Below are positions 25,580-39,079 of a DNA stretch of 64,000 bases, piece after piece. Positions within the stretch are counted from its first letter, which is position 1. Every line of letters begins with the position of its first letter. The position numbers and the translations under genes were made by a program. A model generated the notes under the pieces. The model was not told where the DNA came from, did not search any database, and saw only the letters and a list, made by a program, of their open reading frames with translations. The DNA is from the human T2T-CHM13v2.0 reference genome, Homo sapiens, in contig CP086569.2 in assembly GCA_009914755.4 (NCBI GenBank), positions 13,312,001-13,376,000 on the forward strand. Direction: 5' to 3'.

Positions 25580-25841
25580 GTCTCACTCTGTTACCCAAGC
25601 TGGAGTGCAGTGGTGCTATCACAGCTTACTATGGTCTTGAATTTCCGTGTTCAAGTGATCCTCCCACGTAGCTGGGACTATACAGGTGTGCACTACGACG
25701 CCCAGCTAATTTTTTACTTTTTACTAGAGATGGGGTCTCCCTATGTTGCCCAGGCTGGTCTTGAACTCCTAGGCTCAAGCAATCCTCTCACCTAGGCCTC
25801 CCAAAGTGCTGGGATTACAGGTGTGAGCCACTACACCCAGC
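25580..25841 (-). mobile_element. Alu SINE
   Basis: agtctcactctgttacccaagctggagtgcagtggtgctatcacagcttactatgg ... gtgctgggattacaggtgtgagccactacacccagcc. Confidence 0.9.
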
Positions 25842-27564
25842 CTAAATTTTTGGAAAACTATACCAAAGCCACTAATTTTTCAGGGTTAGTTATTACCTTC
25901 AAATGACACTTAACTGACATTTCTGACCATCTAAATGAACTTAACTGAAAAAAAATCAAGGGCTGTATGAAAATAGCATGTACTGAAAACCTTGATGGGT
26001 TCAGAGCAAGAATTTGCTTTTGGTGAAAAGAATTACATGGTTCACTGCTGATGGTTTTAGAATTTGAATCCTAAAGAACTGTTAAAATGAGCAGGACTAT
26101 ATCTGTGCATGCATGAAAAGAAAAGTCATTGTTTCAAAATACTAGACAGGAAAAAGTTTGATGGTATTTGAAATCCAGTGGCCCTATCACAATACAGTTC
26201 AACATGACATTAATCAATGAGTAAAATGGAAAGACGTATGAGATTTAACAGTCTCACTTAAGATGGCAATAAAAGATGGTGTGAATGAAAATTTCCGTTT
26301 TCATAGATGCATAAACCTGATTTCCCAAGAAGCCAATGGATGCAAAGAAAGAGTGAGTGGATTTAATGAACAAACACAAACAATATTAGAAAATACTTGC
26401 TGAAGACAGATCAGACTGCCATTCTTGGAGATGATGCAGTGGATAGTGAGCCCTTGTCATTGAGTATAAATGCATTAGAAGGTGGAGAATTGCTAGAAAT
26501 CAGAAGGAAAGTTGATGAAACTGATTTATGTGTTAAGGTAAATTAGTCTTTAAAATCTCTGGAAGAAAAAGCAATGAAATTTACACATAATTATCTGAAA
26601 GTGGATAAAATAACAGTATACAGATTGTATGAAAAGTCTCCAAAATGAACAAGACAGAAAACACACACACAATTTGAAAGTCAAATTCCAAAATGTCTGC
26701 AAAAACATAAAGTCTTAGTAAATTGTACTCCCCCCATCAACATAATGAATGATCAGCAAAGATTGAAGGTGAATTTACCCTGGAAAGAAGAAGGAGAATC
26801 TTTCCCAAGCAGCTGAAAAGATCATCTATTCATTCAGGGAAATGAATGCCTATGGAATTCAAGCAAAAATTCTTCCAGCAAAAAAATATCAGAAAGAACT
26901 ACTGATTTTTAGCAATTACCCTGAGAGGATAAAGCTCATCTTGTTTGAAGACTTAATGAGAAAACTTGGGGACTTGTTTAACTTAAGAAAATGTATGTAT
27001 CGGGAAAAAAAATTGAGGGGGAAATTAAAATTTTCAAAAAGTATCTTTATGTTCTTGGTGTTCAAGTAAAGCAAGGATTGGTGGATGTGTAAAGATTCTC
27101 ACAGAGCTCCCAGGAATTCTTTGGATAACTGGATCCCCAAGAAAAATTTAAATTTAGATTATTCCTCAGTTATTTTTCGCATGCAAAAAACACAGGGAAA
27201 GGATTCCTCCATTAGACCTACTGGGTCCTGATAGCAATTTCTCCCCAAATGCAGGACTGACTCACCGTGGTGTTCCTCATCCTGGAAGACAATTTTTCGT
27301 TAAATCATGACAGTATCTTTCAGCTTCAGAAATAGAGGTAACTCATCATTTGCCAGAGTGCAGTCATGTGACTTCACCTACCCACAAGGGATGCTGGGAA
27401 ATGTAGTTGAGCTGGGGAACCATGACCGCAGTTCCATACACTAGAAATACAGCACTGTTGAAATTATTAAGACAGAAAGAAGAGATTTGGGTGGACAACG
27501 TGTGCATTCTCTAAGACTCCGTGTTTTTAGTTAGGTTGAGCAGCCTTGGCTTCATGGTCTTGAC

Positions 27565-28500
27565 TTCTGAAACAATTCTTTTATTTTTATTTGTATTTTA
27601 AGTTCCAGAGTACATGTGCAGGAAGTGCAGGTTGTTACATAGGTAAATGTGTGTCATGGTGGTTTGCTGCATCTATCAACCTACCCTCTAGGTATTAAGC
27701 CCAGCATGCATTAGCTATTTTTCCTGATGCTCTCCCTCCCCACACTCCACCTGCCAACAGGCCCCAGTGTGTTTTGTTCCCCTCCCTGTGTCCATGTGTT
27801 CTCATTGTTCAGCTCCCACTTACAAGTGAGAACATGCAGTGTTTGGTTTTCTGTTCTTGCATAAGTTTGCTGAGGATAATGGCTTCCAGTTCCATCCATG
27901 TCCCTACAAAGGACATGATCTCATTCCTTTTTATAGCGGCATATATATATACATATGCACACACACAGACACGTGTGTGTGTGTGTGTACCACATTTTCT
28001 TTACCCAGTATATTACTTTACCCAGTAAAGTACCACATTTTCTGTGTAAGTACCACATTACCCAGAAAAGTACCACATTACCCAGTAAAGTACCACATTT
28101 TCTTTACCCAGTATATTACTGGTGGGCATTTAGTTTGATTCTATGTCTTTGCTATTGTGAATAGTGCTCCAATGAACATACACATGCATGTATCTTTGTA
28201 ATAGAATGGTTTATATTCCTTTGGGTATACACCCAGTAATGAGATTGCTGGGCGGAATAGTATTTCTGGGTCTAGATCTTTGAGGAATCACCACACCATC
28301 TTCCACAACGGTTGAACTAGCTTCCATTCCCACCAACAGTGTAAAAGTGTTTCTATTTCTCCACCATCTCGCCAGCATCTGTTGTTTCTTGACTTTTTAA
28401 TAATCACCATTCAGACTGGTGTGAGATGTTATCTCACTGCGGTTTTGATTTGCATTTCCTTAATGATCAGTGATGTTATGTTGAGCTTTTTTTCATGTTT
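27565..28500 (-). mobile_element. LINE-1 (L1PA-like) 3'-terminal ~0.9 kb, antisense, with an internal simple-repeat expansion at ~27940-28130
   Basis: Antisense L1 3' end: ...gttccagagtacatgtgcaggaagtgcaggttgttacataggtaaatgtgtgtcatggtggtttgctgca...cccagcatgcattagctatttttcctgatgctctccctcccc...gttcagctcccacttacaagtgagaacatgcagtgtttggttttctgttcttgc...ccatccatgtccctacaaaggacatgatctcattcc...gggcatttagtttgattctatgtctttgctattgtgaatagtgctccaatgaacatacacatgcatgtatctttgtaatagaatggtttatattcctttgggtatacacccagtaatgagattgctggg... Confidence 0.85.
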
Positions 28501-28675
28501 GTTGCTTTTGAGCCAATCCTAAGAAATGCTCTATGTATTTCGATGAGATTGATTTTATTTACACTAACAGAAAAGCTTGTTTTTTTCCCCAACCCCTGGG
28601 CAGCCCTTACTGCCTCCCAGGCACCACTGAGAATGCTTTTCACACATTAAGTCATTTCTTTCTTTTTTCTTCCTT

Positions 28676-29005
<330 letters not shown>

Positions 29006-29249
29006 TAGCATACCTCTCCTTTGTTGCCCCCAAATGGGATAACCATGGCCCAGAGAGGTTGTATAACTTGCCTAAGTGTGCACACCTTGAAATGGAGAAA
29101 CCAGGTTGTGAATCTGTAAATTGAGTGTCAGAGTCTGGAATTTAACCCTGAGTAATCTTGCGTACTACCTCTACAGGCAAGCTAAACTAATTCCTCATCA
29201 TTTTTGTTTAATTAGGGGGAAGAAACATGTACACAGCATGTGTTAACGT

Positions 29250-29700
29250 ATATATTCATTCCCTGGAACTGCTATAGCAAAGTATTGCAAACTGAGTGGC
29301 CTAAACAATGGACATTTGTTTATTCTTGCACAGTTCTGGGGGCCAGAAGTACAAAACCAGGGTGTCTGCAAGGCTGTGCTCCCTCTGAAGTCTCTAGGGA
29401 AGGATCTGTTCCAGGGTCCTCTTGCTCTTTGGGTTGTTCTCTGGCTTGTAGTAACATCACTCTACAGCCTTCTCCTTGTGTGACTACCTGTATCCAAATC
29501 CCACATTCTTATAAAGACACCAGGCATGTGGGATTAGGAACTCACCTCACTCCAGTATAACCTCATTTCAATAAACTAATTACCTCTGCAATAGACTTAT
29601 TTTCAATAAGGCCACATTCTGAGGTGCCAGGGGTTAGGACTTCAACATATGAATTTGAGGGGACATAATTCAACTCATATCAGTGTGTTAATACTGTGCT
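29250..29700 (+). mobile_element. MaLR-type solo LTR (same family as 9826-10195)
   Basis: ctggaactgctatagcaaagtattgcaaactgagtggcctaaacaatggacatttgtttattcttgcacagttctgggggccagaagtacaaaaccagggtgtctgcaaggctgtgctccctctgaagtctctagggaagg...cttataaagacaccaggcatgtgggattagg...gttaggacttcaacatatgaatttgaggggacataattcaactcata. Confidence 0.55.
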
Positions 29701-30050
29701 TGTGTATGTGTGTGTGTTTGTATGTGGTGTGTTTCTGTGTGTAACTGGATATTCCAATTCCAGTAGTCAAAGGCAAATCAGCAGAATCATACTTTCCTCG
29801 CCCCCAAAACCAGAAGAATTTCATATAGTGGTTTATACTTGGACAAAAAAAGTTGTTATTTTTTCATCTGTGTAGAAAAAGTTAAACAAAAATATAGCTC
29901 GTATATTTGTCATTTTCCTCTTCACCCTACTAAAATTAGTCATGTCTTCTCTTCATTCCAACGTGAAGATATTTATCCATTGACCACCAAATGCATTCAA
30001 GTCCCCACAAAGAGAAGGTAAGTGTGGCTTTTAACATTATACAATTGACC

Positions 30051-30466
30051 CTTGAACAATGTGGGGTAGTGACGGGAATTGACCCTCCGCACAGTTGAAA
30101 GCCCATGTATAACTTTTGACTCTCCAAAAACTTAACTACTCATAGCATACTGTTTGACTGAAAGCCTTGCTGATAACAGTTGAACACATATTTTGTATAT
30201 GTATTACATACCATATTATTACAGTAAAGTAAGCTAAAGAAAATGTTATGAAGAAAATCATAAGGAAGATAAAATTAATGAATTTACTATTTATTAAGTG
30301 GAAGCGGATCACCATAAAGGTCTTCATCCTTATCATCTTCCCATTGAGTAGATGGAGGGTTGGTCCTGCTGTCTCAGTAATGGCAGAGCCAGAAGCAAAC
30401 TCACATATAGGTGGACCTGTGCAGTTCAGCCCTGTGTTGTTCAAGGGTCAGCTGTACAGTCAAGGT
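30051..30466. mobile_element. Non-autonomous DNA transposon with terminal inverted repeats (TcMar-Tigger-like)
   Basis: Left end caattgacccttgaacaatgtggggtagtgacgg...; right end ...cctgtgttgttcaagggtcagctgta, which is the inverted complement of the left end. Confidence 0.5.
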
Positions 30467-32439
30467 TATCCTTCTCTAAAATACATGGAGATGACGTTTT
30501 ATCAAGGCTTTTCTCATCTGTTCAATTCTCACCTTCTCAGCATGAAAACAGAATGTCCAGCAGGTGGTCCTCATGACCCCTCAAAGAGAGGTTCCCCCAA
30601 GCAATCATGATTCAAATATTTTCATCTTAAGTAGCTTGAACGTTAGCCTTGTCACCCAGGTGAATTTAGTCTCATGATTAGGTAACTATGTATTTCATAT
30701 GTTCATAGAGCTATATGTTATATATTTATATCTTGAGCTTTAAAACAGATTTGTTGCATCATATTCACAGCTATGAAGGTTCATAATTTTGGGGCCACTT
30801 CTACAGTCATTTCATAAAATTTATTTGTGAGATATAGAAAAAGCTATGCAATAATCAAATCCATTTATTTTTCTTTTACGTTTATTTAAAATGATTAAAA
30901 ATGGTTTATGATAGTTTTAGAAAATGGAATGGATTAAAGGCTAAAAGTGTTTAGATTCCATTTAAGTAGGTATGTATGTGTGTACGTAACTAAAAGCACA
31001 GAGACTTATTCACAAGAATTTAATTAAGCTCATGCTGAAACTCTTATAGAGAAAACAGTAATTGAGCATCAGACATCACCACTCCTGAAAAAAACCTTCT
31101 ACAAGAATTGAAAAGTGTTGCAGGACCTAATACTGAAATAGGAAATATGGACTATCTTCAAATTGCACAAATGATGCATGAATCTACATTTGAGACCCGC
31201 AACTCCGAGATACCTAATGTGAATGATTAAAGATATTTTACAAACCGGGGAGCTCTTTCAAGTGCTTTCCACTTTCAACCTTCTCTCTTTGAAGATCCCA
31301 ATTCATATTGGTGAGCATAAAACATGCATACTGGGAATTTTTATGGGCCCCATATATACATTCCAGACTGTACATGAATGTCTTCATCTTTGGTTCTGAT
31401 ATTTATGGCAAAGTCTAAATGTTATATGAACATTAACCTTAGTTTACTCAAATTATACCAATATGCCCAAACCATCATTTTTCCGTACCCACAAGTGTTT
31501 CTAAAAGGGAAGGAAAAAGCTGGTACACTTCTTGGATGCCTAAGGATTTAAGATTTCCTACTCTGATGAATAGAAAAAGTATAAACCAAGGAATGCAATG
31601 TTGGTGCCTTAGGAACTAGTACTTACAGAGTATCAAAGACTAAAAACACTACAAAAAGGCTCAATGCCTGATAATCGCCATTTCTGTCTCCTATGTGCCA
31701 AAACATATCAAAACCATATGATTTCCTAGGAAAAAGTATCCCAAGATTTGCCCCAGATGGTTTTAACATCAGTCGTTTTGCACTTAACATTTCAAAATGC
31801 AGCCTTATTTTCTTCAGGTAATAATAATTTTATGTGCAGATATATCAAAGCTGAAAGGATGATCAAACCCTGCTTGTGGGTGTCAGAAATAATGCATCCC
31901 CACTTCACTGGCAATAATGAATGCTCAATGATTTTTTATATCACTGAAGAATTTAGCATCTTTGGAACCTCAACAATATTCTTCATCTCCCAGAAGCTGA
32001 TAACATCCCCTCCCCACCAAGATACTCTGCCTCCCTACTGCTCACCGCTTTGTGCCATCAACATGGTTAAGCGTGTGTGTGTTATTGCACCATGAGGTAG
32101 CTGAAGATCTCACAACAGAGAGCCACAGTCTCTTTGTGCAAATCAATGGCCAAACCAACATTGCAAGCAATCCTTTTTTAGAATGCAGGGTCTAGCTGCC
32201 TAACTTATCTTTATAACCACATCACATTCAATGAGTTGGGAATGCTTAGTGAGAAAGCTCACGTACTTCACACAGAAGAAAACACACTTTAAGACATCAA
32301 GTTGTGTCAAGAATAAAAGGAAATTTCCACAACAGTGATAAACAGCCTTCTTGTTTTAGTTGTTTTTCCTCTAAGTAATCAGGGGATCTTAACATCTTCA
32401 GACATTTTCTGGTTCTGAAAGGAAGACTGGAAATAAATG

Positions 32440-32830
32440 ACACTGTGGGGACAAAAAAAAAGTCTATTAAACAAAGTAAAAGAAAACCAAGATCCAACTC
32501 TATGTTGTTACAAGAGACGCTTGCTATATATTTAGAGCAAGAATATTTAGCAGAAGGAAGATTAGAACAGAAAAAAATACAGCAGAAATGAAGTTGCACA
32601 TCTTAAATATATACAATGTTTGTTTATTATGCTTTAAAAAAATCTAGAAGAATGAAAAATCTATTTAAAAAAAAAGAAAACCAAGATCCAACTATGTGCT
32701 GTCTATATGACATTTGCCTTACTTTCAGCAGAAGGAAATAGATTAGAAAAAATAAATTATGCAAAAATGAAGCTGTGCATCTTAAATATATACAATGTTT
32801 ATTTGTCAATTATACCTTAATAAAGCTGGA
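32440..32830 (+). mobile_element. Tandemly duplicated ancient L1 3' terminus (two ~190-bp copies)
   Basis: Copy 1 ...aaaccaagatccaactctatgttgttacaag...gcagaaggaagattagaacagaaaaaaatacagcagaaatgaagttgcacatcttaaatatatacaatgtttgtttatt; copy 2 ...aaaccaagatccaactatgtgctgtctatatg...gcagaaggaaatagattagaaaaaataaattatgcaaaaatgaagctgtgcatcttaaatatatacaatgtttatttgtcaattataccttaataaagctggaaaaatt, a typical old-L1 3' end. Confidence 0.7.
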
Positions 32831-32854
32831 AAAATTAAAAATAGAAAATATTTG

Positions 32855-33167
<313 letters not shown>

Positions 33168-35216
33168 TTAAAAATTGTTAAAATCATATCTGGAAATAAA
33201 TATTAGTTTTCAAAACATTGTTTTTTTACATTTTGCCATTTGTTAAGGATTTTGATGATCTTAAATGAATTGAGTAACTTTCTTTTTGGTTAAAACTAAT
33301 ATTTGTAGGAAATTCTTTTTTAGAATATGGCCTTGTTGGTCTTTATAACTTCTGAAGTGATGTTGTCATTTGCTCCACTTTATAAAATAAAAGCAAAGTA
33401 TGATTCTTAAAAGTCCACATCAAGTGACAGACATCTGCTTCTATCTGTGCAGCTCTGTTACTACAACTCTTTCTCTACAAAGTGTGCAAGCTTCAGTGTA
33501 TGGCCTCAGCATGTACACAGTTCCACAGGTTGTGCACTGCATCACATCACCGTGGATATGGTTAGTATACCATGTACGTCATCCTTTAGGAGACAGAGAA
33601 AATTAATGACCTAACTAAGGAGAAGTGGACAGCTGGGTACCATTAGCAGCAGCCTGGAACTTTAGAGTCAAGTTCGCAGAGCTCTGAGCCCCATTTGATA
33701 CCAAACCCATATGTATTTGCTGTCATGCACATATTTCCTAGATAGTATAAAGGCTTTACAGCCAGCGAGGTGATATAGGCCCAGGATCCACATAAATGTC
33801 ACTGCTCACCCTTGAAGAGATCTCCCTAACATCAGCTCACTCTGTCTACATCCTCCTTTCTGATCTCAGGAACTTTAAGGGAGGGGAAGATAAACTTGGT
33901 GCTTGGGAATACCTGGTGAGGGTATCATCGAAGTACAATGGAGAAAGTAGACAAAAATACTTACCAGGCAGCCAAAAGGCATGAAAGAGCTTCAAGACAT
34001 TATACCTCTTTAGCAAAAAAGTGCTTCCACCTCAGATAAATGGGGCATGCATCATCCACGTTTTTAAAACTACACCTATTTCAGAAACTCAACTGGCCCC
34101 CATTCCAATGATTTTCCTTTTAAAATATTGCACTAAAATATATTTGTCTTATTGAGTTTGTGGGGGACCCCTGTACCCCGCCCTTATATTTTGTGCTTGT
34201 GGAGACTGCCTCTCTCTGCTTATTCAGTTTCAGCCCTTGGTTGACAAAGGCTTACAAATCACTGCCACGAAGGCTACTGAAATTAACACATGGTGTTCGT
34301 TAATGATGGCTGCCACGTTGGGTGAAAGAGTGTTGTCACTGAACCCAAGAATCTGCTCTCAGATTGCCAGGAAAATAAGGCAGTTTTTCAGTAACTCAGT
34401 TTCCTCCTAAAATTTCAGGACAGGGCATAACATAGATGGAGGCTTACCCCAAACAGAGGTTCATTAGCTAACGGTTGATACTGCCCATTCACCAGCAGAG
34501 AGAGCGCATGGGAAGGTTTTAGGATTTTTGAGGCCAAATGCAAATCCTAAAGCAAACACCGTAGGAATGGGCACCCCTTTCTGGTTTCCTTCGGGGACAC
34601 AAAGAAGGTATGAGTTAGAGGGCCCTGGGCAAACTCCAGACAGATTCTGACGTGGGTGGCCTGAGGTTTAAACCAAGCCTCCAGAGACACCCAGTTAAAG
34701 ATCTGAGTCACTCTTTAGGCTATAAAACAATCCCTGACAATCCCTGACTGTTGTTTCAGAGATTTCTTTAGGGCATCCTCTGCTCTCAAATCCCAAGTGA
34801 TTCTTCAAACCCAGGAGTGTGGAGCCGGCATTGAACCAGGAAGCCACAGCAGATCTTTCTTCTCTCCTATGGTCTGAGCACACCTTCTGAATTTCAGAGA
34901 GGCTTATAATTTAGTGTTTTGGTAGTTTTCTTTGTGGGTGGGGTTCTGTGCAAAACATTCACATTCAACCCAGATATTTTTCGTGACCCACCTGTGACGA
35001 AAATTTCACTGAATACAAAACAGGACTATATTTGATTAGTTCAATCAACTATCATGCTTTAGTCCTGCAATGTAGGTTAGTAATTTTTTTGTTTGTTTCT
35101 TTTTCTTTCCTTTTTTTCTCCCTCTCTTTTACATTAGACAGATAACGTGCCAGCGTCATTGTAACAAGGTTTAGAGGAAGGTACAGACTACACCTGACCA
35201 TGAAAACCAAATCGTT

Positions 35217-35525
35217 GACCAGGCACGGTGGCCCATGCCTGTAATCCCAGCACTTGGGGAAGCCAAGGCAGGCAGATAATCACTTGAGGTCAGGAGTTCA
35301 AGAACAGTCTGGCCAACATGGGGAAACCCCATCTCTACAAAAAATACACAAATTAGCCAGGCATGGTGGTGCATGACTGTATTCCCAGCTCTTCAGGAGG
35401 CTGAGGCAAGAGAATCTCTTGAACCCAACCCAGGAGGTAGAGATTGCAGTGAGCCGAGATCATGCCACTGCACTCCAGCCTGGGCAACAGAGTGAAACTC
35501 TGTCTCAAAAAAAAAATAAATAAAT
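35217..35525 (+). mobile_element. Alu SINE
   Basis: gaccaggcacggtggcccatgcctgtaatcccagcacttggggaagccaaggcaggcagataatcacttgaggtcaggagttcaagaacag ... agagtgaaactctgtctcaaaaaaaaaataaataaa. Confidence 0.92.
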
Positions 35526-35854
35526 TTTTAAAAATCACATTATTGGGCAAGTTATGTATATTGAACTTAACCAGGAATAACTTTGCTAGTGACAGACATC
35601 CAAAAGTAATTTTTAAAATAAAAAATCAGGCATCGTAACAAGGAAAACAATGTTTAGAGCCAAAGTTACCATGGGTCCTGAAACAAATTCCTCCTATTGT
35701 TTAGTTTGGAATAACTGGCTGCTGCTCCCATCAGTGTCACCACCACCATGGATATGATGGAAGACACAATTTTTGCTACCATATTGCCTGCAGGAGTGGA
35801 GAAAAAGCAAGCTCATCTGAGAAAAAAATATGGCTGCAGGAAAACTGCTTAAAT

Positions 35855-35935
35855 ATTAGATTGGTCCAAAAGTTATTACGGTTTTTGCCATTGAAAGTAA
35901 TGACAAAAACTGCAATAACTTTTGCACCAATCTAA
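35855..35935. mobile_element. MADE1 (Hsmar1-derived 80-bp palindromic MITE)
   Basis: ttagattggtccaaaagttattacggtttttgccattgaaagtaatgacaaaaactgcaataacttttgcaccaatctaa is a near-perfect inverted repeat matching the MADE1 consensus ttaggttggtgcaaaagtaattgcggtttttgccatt... Confidence 0.85.
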
Positions 35936-36204
35936 TAACATCTCCATCACATCCCTTCCCACCCTTGTACCCACAGAAAAAAAAAAAGAGAAAGTTAATT
36001 TAAAAAAAAAAAAACCTTAGGAAGTAATTCTGTTTTCACAAAGAGCCAAGCTTGTCAACCACATCTTATCACTGAAGACATCCAAGGCCAGGATTTGCAC
36101 AGACGAGGCACTTGGTATTTTTGTTTGTTGAATTCAATTCATGTATGCCTTTTAATTAATTTTATTTATTTATTTATTTATTTATTTATTATTTTCTGAG
36201 AAGG

Positions 36205-36479
36205 AATCTTGCTCTGTCGCCCAGTCTGGCATACAGTGGCGTGATCTCGGCTCACTGCAATCTCTACTTCCCATGTTCAAGTGATTCTCCTGCCTCAACC
36301 TTTCAAGTAGCTGGGACTACAGGTGTATGCCATCACGTCCAGCTAATTTTTGTATTTTTAGTAGATGCAGGGTTTCACCATGTTGGCCAGGCCGGTCTCG
36401 AACTCCTGACTTCAGGTGATCCACTCACCTGGGTCTCCCAAAGTGCTGGGACTACAGGCACAAGCCACCACGCCTGGCC
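36205..36479 (-). mobile_element. Alu SINE preceded by (TTTA)n
   Basis: gagaaggaatcttgctctgtcgcccagtctggcatacagtggcgtgatctcggctcactgcaatctctacttcc ... gtgctgggactacaggcacaagccaccacgcctggcc. Confidence 0.9.
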
Positions 36480-36491
36480 TGATTTATTTTT

Positions 36492-36595
36492 TTAGAGATG
36501 GGGTCTCACTATGCCGCCTAAGCTGGTCCTGAACTCCTGGGCTCAAGTGATCTTCCTGCCTCAGCCTCCTGAGTAGTTGGGATGACAGGCACATG
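36492..36595 (-). mobile_element. Alu half-fragment (right arm, antisense)
   Basis: ttagagatggggtctcactatgccgcctaagctggtcctgaactcctgggctcaagtgatcttcctgcctcagcctcctgagtagttgggatgacaggcacatg. Confidence 0.8.
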
Positions 36596-39079
36596 TCAAA
36601 ACTATTTTGTGCCTTTTTAGATGTAGAATGCCCACTCATGCAAAAATATTGTTCCACTAAAAACTGCCAGATAGGCTTGCTTTCAAAGGCATGCTGGAAC
36701 TCTAGACCCAAGCACACACTAGACACAAGCATCCTCAATGCCTCGATGGCAAATTGCTCCAGAGCTTTGGCACTCCTGCACAAAGAACAAGAAGGAGCTT
36801 GATGTGACAAAAATCAACACTTCCAAAGGGAAAAAAGGAAGAAATCACTGTTTCCATTTGAAATAGCCACCCTTTCCATGCATGGCTTTCTTCAGACAGG
36901 GTTGAACACATGGGCCAATACATGGCATGGCATAGGTGAGGGACACAAGACTGCTCCAAGAATGAGGCTGCCATGTTGGGGGGAAGAGTGTTGTCACTGA
37001 ATGCAAGAACCTGCTCTATGGCTGATGCTGCCACCTGCCACACCCTGCCTCCTGGGAGAGACAGCCTTCTATTCTTCCCCTCCCTACATGCACACAATCC
37101 ATAGTATGATTTCACAGTGTTCCCCGTCCAGAGGTGGAGCTGCATCTTCATTCTGAGAATCCAGGCTTTAGCCAACAGAATGTCACACAAGTGAAGACAT
37201 GTGGCTCTAAGCCCAGGCACGCTTCTCTTCATGCTCTTGGTACCCTACCTGGTCTGTGGTGTGTGATGAAGCCTGGCCTGGCTTCCTGGAGGGATGTGAG
37301 AGTCCACATGAAGCTGAGATGAACCATTCCACCTAAGGCCCCAAATACATAAGAAGACCCAGGAAACATGGTCAAAGCGCTGGCCACACCTACAGCTGAC
37401 TGCACACAAGACAAGTAGTTCAGAAGAGACCAGGAGGACCACTAGAATGGTTTCAGCCCAAATTGCTGACTCACATAATCATGAACATAGTAAATGGTGG
37501 TTATTTCCAGCCACTAAGTTTTGGGGTCTTTTGTGACACAGCATAGCTGACTGATACATACCTTTTCCTCTCTCCCATCTCTTACAAATCAGTCAAGTAC
37601 AATCAATTGTCATTACCAAGTGGTCATCCAAGCTGACTGCTTCTCTTTGCCTCCCTTGCCCAGGCTTTAATTCAGCCTGTCATCATTTCCAGAGGGTACT
37701 AAACTGGTCTGAAATGGAGTCTCCCTGGGCCTTAGTGAGTCCCCTCAGGTCCATTCTTCACCTACACATCCAACAGGGGCAGGCTGTTCCCCATGAAGGT
37801 TCTAAGAAATGCAGACTTCACCTCTGCTAACCTGGTGGTCTTTCTTTGTCACCATTGCATCCTTCCCTGGTTCCCGTTGCATTCCACACTTTGGCTACAC
37901 AATCTCTAGTGTCCCCATATGTGTATCCAGCTCTACCTAGCACACTATCTTCCCTGACATCTCGCTCTTCTCCTGGGCACTTCCCACCCATATTTTGGGG
38001 ATTGGTTTGGATATTGTTCTCTCCAGGAAGCCCTACCTCCCTCACCTAACCCAGTCTAGGAGTATCCCTTCTGCCTTGCTACAGGATCCCATACGTTCCA
38101 GCAAATTATTCATCAGATTTGACTGCAATTACTTGTTTATTTGCCTTGCCCTTTCCATCTCTGGACCTCACTTTACACCACAGTGGGAAAAAGGTGAATC
38201 CATAAATTTGTTTAAGGATGCCAACATATCCCAAAAATATTGATACTAGTACTCTGCATGTTCATTGAAAGGTAGAGGTCACGTTCAATCACTTTCTCCT
38301 CCCCCATAATTGAAAACTCACAAGAGCCTTGGGGTTGAGTGCATTTACTCTCAACTTAAACTCAAGCAGGTGTCAGCCCAAATCTCTAAGAATATGACTC
38401 TTAGGGAATGGGGAACCTGTTCTCCCAGCAATACAGGACATAAAATCAGCCTTCTGGGCTTCAAGTTCTCCCTCCTTTGACCTGAGACGGGATTGACAGT
38501 GCATTCTGACGGCTTCTTTGGGCAGAGTGTTCATAACTTCCTTTCTCCTGTCCTTGGGTTTCAAGTTAGTGCTGGTCAAAGAAAGGGGAGTAATGGTGGT
38601 ACTGGGAGAAATGTAAGTCTCAGCACTCATTCACAGCCTTGCTTTGAGAGCTAAGGGGCATCTTCTGCAGTGAAAACCAATGCTTGCCTCTCCTTTCTCT
38701 GAACTCTGATTGGTCCTGTTCTGAAGGTCAGATATTTTTATTCAGAAGCTACTTTATATACATACAAAGTATGAGTGCTCCATGAAAGTCATGAGGTTGG
38801 GAAACAGAAGCCCACACAGCTCCTCCCAGTGCTGATTTAGGAGAGTGTGCTCTTATTAAAGGTTGGGACCAGGTGAGTCAATCAGTTACCTTCTGGATTG
38901 CCATAGGTTGAATGGTGATCTCCACCTGTAAGCAGAAAAGGATGCTCGTGTTTATTCAGCAGAGCTTATGGAGGGCTTTATATTGCCGGGCACTGTTGAG
39001 GATGCAACTATGAACACAGCACACAGATCTCTGTTTTCAGGGAATTTACATTCTTGTGGGGGGAGGGGGACAGCCAAGC

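Noticed and set aside
26000-27100. AT-rich ~1 kb unique-looking stretch with a 75-aa ORF (26842..27069) and Lys/Glu-rich translation
   Set aside because: Could be a decayed transposase or L1 ORF1 remnant, but I could not match it to any consensus from memory. There is insufficient evidence to call either a gene or a specific repeat.
36735-37232. 165-aa minus-strand ORF in non-repetitive sequence (MKRSVPGLRATCLHLCDILLAKAW...)
   Set aside because: No recognisable domain or motif; ordinary composition; no splice or Kozak context; length is within chance expectation for 64 kb x 6 frames. Not supported as a gene.
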